Assembly: GCA_031416315.1 (NCBI GenBank)
Contig: JANOTL010000055.1
Span: forward strand, 1 to 28,540
Source: Pseudomonadota bacterium
GTDB lineage: Bacteria > Bdellovibrionota_B > Oligoflexia > Oligoflexales > CAIYRB01
Length of the DNA: 28,540 bases
Direction of reading: 5' to 3'
This document shows, piece by piece, positions 8,292 to 16,366 of this stretch. Each line of letters starts with the position of its first letter. Within the stretch, counting starts at the first letter, position 1. The notes under the pieces were generated by a model. It saw nothing but the letters and a program-made list of their open reading frames with translations. It had not been told where the DNA came from and made no database searches. A program made the translations under genes and the position numbers.

Positions 8292-8338
8292 GACCACCGG
8301 GGCTTCCGGGGACGGGCGAGAACATGAAGCGCCTCATG
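8292..8338 (+). pseudogene. Diverged fragment of the HAD-EEP gene (copy of 6463-6508)
   Basis: 8300-8338 matches 6470-6508 at 36 of 39 nt (GLPGTGENMKRL); GACCACC precedes both, with one extra G in the copy. Confidence 0.9.
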
Positions 8339-8413
8339 TTCGGGCAAGTCCGCGCCCATATGAGTCCTCTTCGTCTTTTTTTGCTGGTCGCCTTGGTGCG
8401 TGACTCTGAGTGA
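8339..8413 (+). pseudogene. Degenerate fragment of the 3' end of the 7565-7873 gene (copy of 7798-7873)
   Basis: About 58 of 76 positions identical; ends on the equivalent TGA; carries a TGG>TGA nonsense change and a 1-nt deletion. Confidence 0.85.
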
Positions 8414-8458
8414 CGCGCTCGTCGTCGCGGGGCAGGCGGGGACCACCTTTTGAATCGA

Positions 8459-8481
8459 TAATCAAATAATAATATTGATTA
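8459..8481. promoter_or_regulatory. Inverted repeat TAATCAA-N9-TTGATTA in an AT-rich island upstream of the cassette
   Basis: Perfect 7-bp arms within a markedly AT-rich stretch (8448-8490). Confidence 0.45.
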
Positions 8482-8507
8482 AATTTTTGAGACACGGAGC
8501 TTCGCCC

Positions 8508-8534
8508 TAAGGCGATTCGAGTAGTTGCCGATTC
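8508..8534 (+). promoter_or_regulatory. Putative sigma-28 (FliA)-type promoter of the acylation cassette
   Basis: TAAG-N15-GCCGATTC versus TAAA-N15-GCCGATAA; ATG 7 nt downstream with no Shine-Dalgarno. Confidence 0.55.
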
Positions 8535-8541
8535 GTTCGAT

Positions 8542-9717
8542 ATGCAGGCTCTTCACAAACCCCACGCCCCGGCCGCGGCTCCGCGCGAAGCCACGCTCGC
8601 TCCTAGCTTTTGGCGGCGCGTTCGGCGCAGTAGCTTGCCACTCATGCTCCTCCTTCTCGTCGCCGTAAATGCTCTTTGTTGGTACGCGGAATCATCGTTG
8701 GTGAAGCACCGCGCGGAGAACCTACTGCAGACCGGGTCGAGCGCGAACGTCGACGCGCCACCGACCGGCGATCTGTCATTCGGCGGGGCACCGGCGAGCT
8801 ACTGGCCCTTCATTCCCGACGCTCGCCACACGCGGCTAACGATCCTCGCGGGCATGTCGCAGTTGATCGTCATCAACGATCGGCAGCCCGGCGACGCCTT
8901 GGCGGTCGACGTTATGGATTCCGAACTCCGGCGTCGCGGTTCGCACCGCGCGTTCGGCTTGACGGCGCCGAACATGGCGAACGAGGAAGCGCTCTTCCTT
9001 TTGCTGGCGACCGCGGCACGGCCGGAGACAACGCCGACAAACTTCGTGTTCGGCGTATGCTTCGACAAGTTCCGCAACGTCGACCTCCGCGCGGCATACG
9101 GCCAGTTCCTCCGCGGCGATCCGGTGCTTTCGAACGCCTGGCGCCAGGCGATCGCGACGTATGGCGCGAAGTACCCCCTCGCGACCGAGAAGATGCGGCA
9201 GACGCTGGAGGCCCCGGTCGCCCTCGCAGCCGAGGCTACCCTCGACGGTACGCTCCGCGAGGCGATCGGTAAAGTCGTGCCGCTCGTGCGGCTGCGCCAG
9301 GAGTTGAACGCCGAGTTGATGACGCAGTTGTTCACGCTGCGGAATTTCGTCCTGCGCATCAAGGCCTCGAGCAAGCGTCGGATGCTCGCGGCACGCTACG
9401 CGACGAACCAGGAGTTCGTCGCGTTGATGATCGACTTGGCGCGGCAAAAGGGGATCGAGCCGCTTTTCTATGTTAACCCCTTGAATCGCATCGCCGAGAC
9501 GCCTTATGTCGACGAGGAGTACCGCGACTTCAAGACCTGGCTTTTGCGCCTCGCTTCGCGGGAGAAGACGCAGGTGGTGGACCTCGACGCCGTCGTGCCC
9601 GACGCAGCGTGGGGCGAGGTCGACGGCGAGCCCGACTTCAAGCATTTTCGCGGCGAAGGCCACCGGATCTTGGCGCGAGCCCTGCTCGAGTCGTTCGCGG
9701 GGGCGTTCGTGCCATGA
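8542..9717 (+). CDS. Membrane-anchored SGNH-like (DltD/AlgJ-type) acyltransferase
   Basis: N-terminal TM helix; ILAGMSQ (GxS nucleophile block, 8851-8862); C-terminal DFKH (DxxH, 9634-9645); stop overlaps the MBOAT start (ATGA). Confidence 0.7.
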   Translation: MQALHKPHAPAAAPREATLAPSFWRRVRRSSLPLMLLLLVAVNALCWYAESSLVKHRAENLLQTGSSANVDAPPTGDLSFGGAPASYWPFIPDARHTRLTILAGMSQLIVINDRQPGDALAVDVMDSELRRRGSHRAFGLTAPNMANEEALFLLLATAARPETTPTNFVFGVCFDKFRNVDLRAAYGQFLRGDPVLSNAWRQAIATYGAKYPLATEKMRQTLEAPVALAAEATLDGTLREAIGKVVPLVRLRQELNAELMTQLFTLRNFVLRIKASSKRRMLAARYATNQEFVALMIDLARQKGIEPLFYVNPLNRIAETPYVDEEYRDFKTWLLRLASREKTQVVDLDAVVPDAAWGEVDGEPDFKHFRGEGHRILARALLESFAGAFVP

Positions 9718-11111
9718 TGTTTGTGAGCTACTCGTATCTCGTGTTCCTCCTGGTCGTGGTCGGCCTTTTCTGGAGCCTCCCCACCCGCACACGGCTGCCG
9801 CTTCTGATCGCGGCGAGCATCTTCTTCTACGCCAGCTGGAGCTGGCCTTACGCTTTCCTCCTGCTGGCGACGGCCGCCTTCAACTGGAGTTTCGGGCGCT
9901 ACGTCCTGGCGCGGCCGGCCGGCGCCCCGCGGCACGCGCTGGCGCTCGGCATCGGCGCAAACGTGCTCCTCCTCGTCTACTTCAAATACACTGCGTTTAT
10001 GTTCGCGAACGTCACCTCGCTCCTCGGGCTCCTCGGCCTCGAGGTCGCTTTGAGCTGGACGTCGCCGGCTTTGCCGCTCGGAATCTCATTCTTCACGTTC
10101 CAGGGGATTGCCTACCTCGTCGACGTCGCCGCCGGCGAGAAGCCGATGCATCGCTTTCGCGATTTCGCACTTTTCAAGGCGCTGTGGCCGCAGCTCATCG
10201 CCGGACCGATCGTGCGGCTGGACGAATTCCGCGATCAAAAAGTCGCGGAGCGTCCCGATTTCGATCAGATCGCGGCCGGCGGCCTGCGGGTCCTGCAAGG
10301 TTTCGCGAAGAAGGTGATGCTCGCGGACCAGCTGGGGCCGTTCGTCGACCAAGTTTTCCAAAAAGGGGTAACGCCGAACGCGGTAGACGTCGTCTGCGGG
10401 ACCTTGGCCTTCGGCATGCAGATCTACTTCGACTTCAGCGGCTACACCGACATCGCCATCGGCTCGGCCAAGCTCGTCGGCTACGAGCTGCCGGAAAACT
10501 TCGACTGGCCGTACCGGGCAACGTCGCCGCAACAATTCTGGGCGCGCTGGCACATGTCGCTATCACGCTGGATCCGCGACTACGTGTTCACGCCGTTGGC
10601 CTTTACGTTCCGGCGTCGAGTCTACGGCACGATCGCGACCCAGATCGCGGCGATGGCGCTATGCGGCCTGTGGCACGGCGCGAGCTGGACGTTCGTCATC
10701 TGGGGAGCCTGGCACGGTGTATGGCTGACGCTGTCGTCGCGGATCGGCCTCTTCTCGGCGAAGGCGGATGGCAAGGTCGCGCTCCGCCTCGCTGCCTGGA
10801 CCGCCACAATGGTGATCGTGGCCCTCGGTTGGCTCGCCTTCCGTGCGCCGACCCTCGCATGGCTCGGTACCGCGCTCCAGAGCCTCTTTACGGCTCGTGG
10901 AGGGCTGCAGCCGGCGATCCTGCGCGAGAACGTCATCCTGGTGGTCGGACTTTATTCACTCGCGGTTTACGGCTCGGCGCTCGGATTGATGTTATGGCCA
11001 GCGAAAGAGCGGCCGCGTCTGCGTTTCCGCGCCTTCGTGTTCGCCGCGACGATTGTACTGATCGTGATCCTCGACCGCGAGGCACAGCCCTTCATTTATT
11101 TTCAGTTCTAG
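9714..11111 (+). CDS. MBOAT family O-acyltransferase (AlgI/DltB-like)
   Basis: LPLGISFFTFQ, PQLIAGPI, QIYFDFSGYTDIAIG, FWARWHMSLSRWIRDYVF, GLWHGASW (catalytic His), C-terminal FIYFQF; start set at ATG 9714. Confidence 0.95.
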   Translation: MMFVSYSYLVFLLVVVGLFWSLPTRTRLPLLIAASIFFYASWSWPYAFLLLATAAFNWSFGRYVLARPAGAPRHALALGIGANVLLLVYFKYTAFMFANVTSLLGLLGLEVALSWTSPALPLGISFFTFQGIAYLVDVAAGEKPMHRFRDFALFKALWPQLIAGPIVRLDEFRDQKVAERPDFDQIAAGGLRVLQGFAKKVMLADQLGPFVDQVFQKGVTPNAVDVVCGTLAFGMQIYFDFSGYTDIAIGSAKLVGYELPENFDWPYRATSPQQFWARWHMSLSRWIRDYVFTPLAFTFRRRVYGTIATQIAAMALCGLWHGASWTFVIWGAWHGVWLTLSSRIGLFSAKADGKVALRLAAWTATMVIVALGWLAFRAPTLAWLGTALQSLFTARGGLQPAILRENVILVVGLYSLAVYGSALGLMLWPAKERPRLRFRAFVFAATIVLIVILDREAQPFIYFQF

Positions 11112-11136
11112 CCCTTTCAATCTCAGAGTCGAGTCG

Positions 11137-12831
11137 ATGACCAACAAGATTCCGCTGGTGTGGAATGAATGGCGACGCCATGCGGAGGCGCGGCCGGATG
11201 CCGAAGCGTTCGTGCACCTCAGCGCGGAGAAGCCGGCGGTGCGCGTGACGTGGCAAGAGCTGATTACGAAGTCCGAAACGTATGCGGCGGCCCTCGTCGC
11301 TCAAGGCGTTGAGGTGGGCGACGTGTGCGGCCTGATGGTGCGGCACATTCCTGAGTTCTACGCGCTTTACCTCGGCATCTGTCGTGCTGGCGGCGTGCCT
11401 TCGGTCCTTGCCTACCCGAATGCCAGGCTCCATGCGGAGAAGTTTTGCGCCGGCCTCTCCGGGATGGCGCGGCAATCCGGCCTGCGTTGGCTCCTGATCG
11501 AACGTGAGCTCGAGGCGAAGGTCGCCCCCTTGATCAACGGGCCCGAGAGCACGATCCGTGGCCTGATCTTTCCGCTGGAGGCGCCGCCGACGAGCGAGCG
11601 CGTCGCTTGGCCGCTGCTCGCGCCCGAGGCGGTAATGCTGCTGCAGCACTCCTCGGGGACGACCGGTCTGCAGAAAGGCGTCGCGCTTTCCCACCGAGCG
11701 GTGCTCGAGCACGTTCGCGCCTACGGCCGCGCACTCGGCATCACGCCGCGCGACAAAGTCGCGTCTTGGCTCCCGCTGTATCACGACATGGGGCTGATCG
11801 CCGCGTTTCACTTGCCGATGGCGACCGGCATTCCCGTCGTCATGCTGGACCCTTTCGAATGGGTCATGGCACCCTGGCTTCTGCTGAAGGCGATCGCCGA
11901 CGAACGCGCGACGCTCACTTGGCTGCCGAACTTCGCCCTCAACTTGATGGCCGACCGCATCCGTGAGGAGGACGTGGCCGGACTGGACTTCTCGTCCTTG
12001 CGCTTGGCGATTAACTGCAGCGAGCCCGTTCGGGCGGAGAGTCACGCGCGTTTCTTGGATCGCTTCGCACCACACGGTCTGCGCCGTGAGGCGCTCGCGA
12101 CTTGCTACGCGATGGCTGAGACGACGTTCGCCGTGACGCAGAGTCGGCCTGGCATCGCGCCATCGGCCCTTCCCGTCGACCGGGAGCTCCTGACGCAAGG
12201 GCTCGTTTGCAGCCCGCAATGGGGCGCTGAGACACGCGTGTGCCTTTCCTCGGGTCAGCTCCTCGAGGGCGTGGAGATGAAGGTGGTCGGCGAGGGCGGC
12301 GAGCTCTGCGGCGACGGGCGCGTCGGCGAGCTCGTCGTGCGCTCCCCGGCCTTGTTCGACGGCTATCACGCGAATCCGGACGCGACGGCTCGCGTCCTGA
12401 TCGACGGCTGGTTCCACACGGGCGACATGGGTTTCTGCCGCGACGGGGACGTATTCGTCGTCGGCCGCAAGAAGGACTTGATCATTGTCGCGGGCAAGAA
12501 CATCTATCCCGAAGATGTCGAGATCGCATTGACCGACGTCGAGGGCGTCGTGCCGGGTCGCGTCGTCGCGTTCGGGGTCTTCGATCAGGCGCTCGGCACC
12601 GAGCAGATTTGGGTCGCTTTCGAAGCTCGCCCCGACGCCGACCTCGCGAGCCTTCCCCTCGCCGTCAAGCGCGCGGCGATGGCCATCGGCATCACCATAG
12701 CGGAGGTCGAGATCGTGCCGGCTCGCTGGTTGGTCAAGAGCTCTTCCGGTAAGCTCTCTCGGAGCGCGAACCGCGACCGCGTCCTCGAACAACGCATGCA
12801 GGGAGGCAAGACGTGGTTTCTCAGCGCCTGA
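11137..12831 (+). CDS. Fatty acyl-AMP ligase (FAAL)-like adenylating enzyme
   Basis: LQHSSGTTGLQKGV, SWLPLYHDMGLI, CYAMAETT followed by a FAAL-type insertion, TGDMGF, GRKKDLIIVAGKNIYPEDVE, KSSSGKLSR. Confidence 0.9.
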   Translation: MTNKIPLVWNEWRRHAEARPDAEAFVHLSAEKPAVRVTWQELITKSETYAAALVAQGVEVGDVCGLMVRHIPEFYALYLGICRAGGVPSVLAYPNARLHAEKFCAGLSGMARQSGLRWLLIERELEAKVAPLINGPESTIRGLIFPLEAPPTSERVAWPLLAPEAVMLLQHSSGTTGLQKGVALSHRAVLEHVRAYGRALGITPRDKVASWLPLYHDMGLIAAFHLPMATGIPVVMLDPFEWVMAPWLLLKAIADERATLTWLPNFALNLMADRIREEDVAGLDFSSLRLAINCSEPVRAESHARFLDRFAPHGLRREALATCYAMAETTFAVTQSRPGIAPSALPVDRELLTQGLVCSPQWGAETRVCLSSGQLLEGVEMKVVGEGGELCGDGRVGELVVRSPALFDGYHANPDATARVLIDGWFHTGDMGFCRDGDVFVVGRKKDLIIVAGKNIYPEDVEIALTDVEGVVPGRVVAFGVFDQALGTEQIWVAFEARPDADLASLPLAVKRAAMAIGITIAEVEIVPARWLVKSSSGKLSRSANRDRVLEQRMQGGKTWFLSA

Positions 12832-13052
12832 AGGATCTGATCTTGCGCGAGCTCAAGCTAATCGGCGTCGCGATCGAGGCCACGACGGTGGCCGACGACG
12901 TGCCCGGTTGGGATTCCTTAAGCCATCTCAAGGTGCTGACGGCCGTGGAAAACGACTTCGGGATCCGCTTTGTGGGCATGGAGGTGCTGCGTCTGAAGAA
13001 CGTCGGCTCTTTGCAAGCACTGGTCGACCGTAAGCTCGCGGAACGCAAGTGA
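12813..13052 (+). CDS. Acyl carrier protein
   Basis: 79 aa, WDSLSH phosphopantetheine motif, VENDFGI; GGAGG upstream of the GTG; overlaps the ligase stop. Confidence 0.92.
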   Translation: MVSQRLKDLILRELKLIGVAIEATTVADDVPGWDSLSHLKVLTAVENDFGIRFVGMEVLRLKNVGSLQALVDRKLAERK

Positions 13053-13081
13053 GGGCGGCGACGCCGTGACGCCGAGCTCGG

Positions 13082-14902
13082 TCAGAGCGGGTACTTCGCC
13101 ATGACCTTGATCGAGTTGAAGCCGAGGTGCGGGCGCCGGTTGTTCTTGTTCTTCAAAGTCATGCGCTCGTCCATGATCTCGATCTGGCCGCCGAAGGTCA
13201 GCGTCGCGGTCGGGTCGTACTGCCAAGCGCCGACGGCGAGCGACCAGCCGAGCGAGGACTCGATCAGGTAGCGTGTGCCCTTGCCCGTCGTGGCGTAGCC
13301 GACGCGGCCGATGTTGAGCGGATAGAGCGTGTAGTCGGCGAACCAGTCGTAGCGATGGACGCCGCCCGCGTCGATGCGGCCGCCGAGGCCACCGAAGAGG
13401 CCGCCGCGGATCCAGTCGCCGCCGCCGTACTTCTGGCCCTTGCCCTCGACCGACATGCCGGAGAAACGGCCGAGGCCGCCGGCCTTCCAACTGGAGAGGA
13501 TCGCTGCGGGGTTGGCGAGGTAGTCTTGCCAAAAGAGCATGGCATAGGCGTCGTAGCCGAGCCATGTGCCCTTGTTGGCTTTGCCGAAGCCGCCGCCGCC
13601 GCCGAAGGCGACCTTGAACTTCGCGAAAGAGTGACGCTCGACGCCGCCGCCGATCGAGTTGATCAGCCACAAGGGGAACTTGCCAGTGGCGTTGACGGGG
13701 CCCTTAATCGACCACCACTGTGGGCCTGCGTAAAGGCGCAGCTCGTCCACAGGATTCGCGATCACGTCGCCGACGGCGTTGCCGACGCCGCTGCTGAACG
13801 AGTCCCAGAGGCCGCCGCCTTCATTCTTCTCTTCGGGCTTTGGCTCTTCCTTCTTCTCTTCTGCGATAGGCTCGCCAGCTTCGGCCGGCGGCGCGTCGAC
13901 GACCTTGGCCTCGGGTGGCACGGGGATCGAGCCGTCTTCCTGCGGTGGCATGCTCTCGGCGAGCTTCGGCGAAGGTTTGGCGGCGGCGACTCCAGCAGCC
14001 TTCGGCACCACCTTCGCCGGCGGCGTTCCAAGGTAGAGCGGCGGCACCACGATCGGACCCTGAGCGCCGGAGTCCTTCATGCTCTCGTCCTGCGCCTGGC
14101 GCGCAAACTTCACTCGCCCCGCGATCGCGGGGATGCGGGCGCCGTCACCGACTTCGACGGCGTTGTCGTAGGTCAGCTTGATCAACCGGGCGACCGAGGT
14201 GAAGTTCTTCACTTCGATGACCTGCGCCTTGCCTAACGGTTGCTTCTTGAAATCGAGCCAGGTGCCGTTGGCGGGATGCAGGGACTCGATGGTCGTTCTT
14301 ACGAGGTCGACCTCGTCGCCGACTTGCACGCCTTGCTCCACGCCGCCGGATAGGGTCGCATACTGGCCCTGGACCGAGGTGACGCTGACGTCGACCGGCA
14401 TGCGGTTGAAGAGGCGAAAGACGAGGTCCTGGACCTTGTCCTTGAGCTCGTCCGAGGAGGCTGCGGCGGACCAGGCCCTAGGCAGAGTCTCGGTCTCGAG
14501 CAACTGCGACTTCAGGTCTGGGTCGAGGAGGCGGGCGGTGAGGATGACGGTGTCGCTGCGCGGCGTCACAGTAAGTGAAGCGAACGAGTGGAGCTCGAAT
14601 TGCGATTGCAGCTCCCCGCGCCCTTCCTTGTCTTGCCAGAGGCCGGAGACGAGGTCGTCGGAGAGGACGCGGAAACGGTGCGCAGCGCGGACGGCGGCGG
14701 GGAAGCCTTCGCCGAAGGCGGTGCGCGCGGTCTCGAGACCAGACGCGTCGTCGCCTTCCCATTGTGCGGGGATGACGCCGACCTGCTGGATCACGGGCAA
14801 TTTCGGCCCGACGGCGGCTCCGAGGAGGGGAGCCGAGCCGACCGCAAAAAGCAGTGATATTAAAGTTTTATAGCTTTTCGATCTGATGGTTTGTCCCGTC
14901 AT
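13082..14902 (-). CDS. Secreted or outer-membrane hypothetical protein: FlgT-C-like domain, Pro/Glu-rich linker, beta-barrel-like C-terminus
   Basis: Signal-like N-terminus; VTSVQGQYATLSGGVEQGVQVGDEV resembles the FlgT C-terminal pattern; Gly/aromatic-rich strands ending KVMAKYPL; start overlaps spoVR by 35 nt. Confidence 0.75.
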   Translation of the reverse strand: MTGQTIRSKSYKTLISLLFAVGSAPLLGAAVGPKLPVIQQVGVIPAQWEGDDASGLETARTAFGEGFPAAVRAAHRFRVLSDDLVSGLWQDKEGRGELQSQFELHSFASLTVTPRSDTVILTARLLDPDLKSQLLETETLPRAWSAAASSDELKDKVQDLVFRLFNRMPVDVSVTSVQGQYATLSGGVEQGVQVGDEVDLVRTTIESLHPANGTWLDFKKQPLGKAQVIEVKNFTSVARLIKLTYDNAVEVGDGARIPAIAGRVKFARQAQDESMKDSGAQGPIVVPPLYLGTPPAKVVPKAAGVAAAKPSPKLAESMPPQEDGSIPVPPEAKVVDAPPAEAGEPIAEEKKEEPKPEEKNEGGGLWDSFSSGVGNAVGDVIANPVDELRLYAGPQWWSIKGPVNATGKFPLWLINSIGGGVERHSFAKFKVAFGGGGGFGKANKGTWLGYDAYAMLFWQDYLANPAAILSSWKAGGLGRFSGMSVEGKGQKYGGGDWIRGGLFGGLGGRIDAGGVHRYDWFADYTLYPLNIGRVGYATTGKGTRYLIESSLGWSLAVGAWQYDPTATLTFGGQIEIMDERMTLKNKNNRRPHLGFNSIKVMAKYPL

Positions 14903-16364
14903 AAGAGATTCTACGCCTCACCTCTTCGATGATGGTTTCGATATGAACGGGGCGCTTCCAGATCCGGTGCAGGTTTTTCAGCGTTTCCAGCGTGGTGTCG
15001 TGCTTGAGGTCGGTGCCTTCGTGGAGATGCTGGAGGAGCAGCTCGCCGCGATTCTTGAAGTTGCCGTCGGTGACGCGGATGATCGGCTGCCCGAAGTTGG
15101 TGAGCTGCTGCAGGAGCCGCTTCTTGATTTCCTTGAAGTCGCGGCTCGAGATGACGTAGCGATTGTTGCGACGGTCGAAGTCGTAGAGAAACATCTTCGA
15201 CTCGTGGCAGAAATCCTCGTCGAGGAACGCGTCGAGGAAGGTCACGTCGTTGTGAATGCGCCGGACCTCGAAGAGCTTCTCTCTGCCCTTGCCGGTCTTG
15301 GTGTTCCACTCGGAGCGGATCTTGGGGTCGTCGATGCGCAGGTACTCGAGGCCGAACTTGCCCGTGTCCCAGCGGCGCTCGATGTGGCGTAGCAGCTCGA
15401 CGCCCAATTTGTAGGGGTTGAGGCCCCCGGGCTGCGAGGCGACGACGCCGGCGAAGTGGTCGCAATAGTCGATGATCTCGCTCTCGTGCAGGGGCGCGAG
15501 CTCGGTCATCATCTTGCTGTGCCAATAGGTGGCCCAACCTTCGTTCAGGATCTTCGTCTGGCCTTGCGGCGCGAAGTAGTAGGACTCGTCGCGGGTCATG
15601 GTCAGGATGCGGCGCTCCCAATGGGCGAGCGGCGCGTGGTCGAGGAGGAACTTGAGAATGTCGCGCTCCGGATTCTCCGGGAAGCCTTTGGCCTTCTGCG
15701 CGTCCTCCTCCATCTTCTTCGACTGCCAGTCCATGAACTCCTGCGGGTTGATGTAGGAGTCCATGTATTTTTTGGCGCGGATCTTCGGCACGCTCTTCGA
15801 GCGCTGGTGGTCGTCGAGGTCGTCGGAGCGCTTCGGGATCGAGCGGAAGGGCGCGTTGATGTCGATCAGGTTCTCGACCGAAAGGCAGGTGTCGATGAAC
15901 GCCTCGACCTCGTCGTGACCGACCTCGTTGATCAAGTTGCGAACCGCGGTGGCGTTGTTCGCCATCTGGTTCAGCATCTTGCGGTTGGTCTTCGAGAAGT
16001 AGTAGTTGTTCTTGAAGAAGTCGCAGTGGCCGTAGACGTGCGCGATGACCGTCTTTTGGAACACGATGTCGTTCGCCCGAAGCAGGTACGCATAGCAAGG
16101 GTCGTTGTTGATCACCATCTCGTAGATGATCGACAGGCCGTACGTGTAGCTCTTGGCTAGGCGCTCGTACTCCATGCCCCAGCGCCAATGTGGGTAGCGG
16201 GTTGGGAAGCCGCCGTAGGCAGCGATCTCGTTCAGCTGCTTGTAATCGACCAGCTCGAAGATGGTGTCGAAGATGTCGAGCCCCGCCTCACGCGCCACCG
16301 CTTCGAGGCGGCGGGCGATGTCGAGGAGCTCGGGCGTGAGCTTTGTGTCGTAACCTTGCATCAC
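14868..16364 (-). CDS. spoVR: SpoVR family protein
   Basis: GFPTRYPHWRWG, IYEMVINNDPCYAYL, AHVYGHCDFFKNN, YYFAPQGQTKILNEGWATYWH, NPYKLG; follows yeaH and prkA. Confidence 0.96.
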   Translation of the reverse strand: MMQGYDTKLTPELLDIARRLEAVAREAGLDIFDTIFELVDYKQLNEIAAYGGFPTRYPHWRWGMEYERLAKSYTYGLSIIYEMVINNDPCYAYLLRANDIVFQKTVIAHVYGHCDFFKNNYYFSKTNRKMLNQMANNATAVRNLINEVGHDEVEAFIDTCLSVENLIDINAPFRSIPKRSDDLDDHQRSKSVPKIRAKKYMDSYINPQEFMDWQSKKMEEDAQKAKGFPENPERDILKFLLDHAPLAHWERRILTMTRDESYYFAPQGQTKILNEGWATYWHSKMMTELAPLHESEIIDYCDHFAGVVASQPGGLNPYKLGVELLRHIERRWDTGKFGLEYLRIDDPKIRSEWNTKTGKGREKLFEVRRIHNDVTFLDAFLDEDFCHESKMFLYDFDRRNNRYVISSRDFKEIKKRLLQQLTNFGQPIIRVTDGNFKNRGELLLQHLHEGTDLKHDTTLETLKNLHRIWKRPVHIETIIEEVRRRISYDGTNHQIEKL

Positions 16365-16366
16365 GG

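Noticed and set aside
8202..8413. Diversity-generating retroelement template repeat
   Set aside because: Mismatches are not confined to adenines and favour silent sites; three different genes are matched; no reverse transcriptase in the window
8202..8413. CRISPR-like spacer array with self-targeting spacers
   Set aside because: No repeats between fragments, unequal lengths (87, 47, 75 nt) and no cas genes
8410..8426. Fourth mosaic fragment from the 7882-8193 gene
   Set aside because: Only 9-12 nt of GC-rich similarity (to 7884-7896 or 8142-8153); too short to support
8207..8446. 79-aa minus-strand ORF
   Set aside because: Crosses three unrelated gene remnants; no RBS or recognisable protein features
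8542..13052. Cassette as a transposon or integrase-mobilised island
   Set aside because: No transposase, integrase, tRNA, terminal inverted repeats or target-site duplication seen
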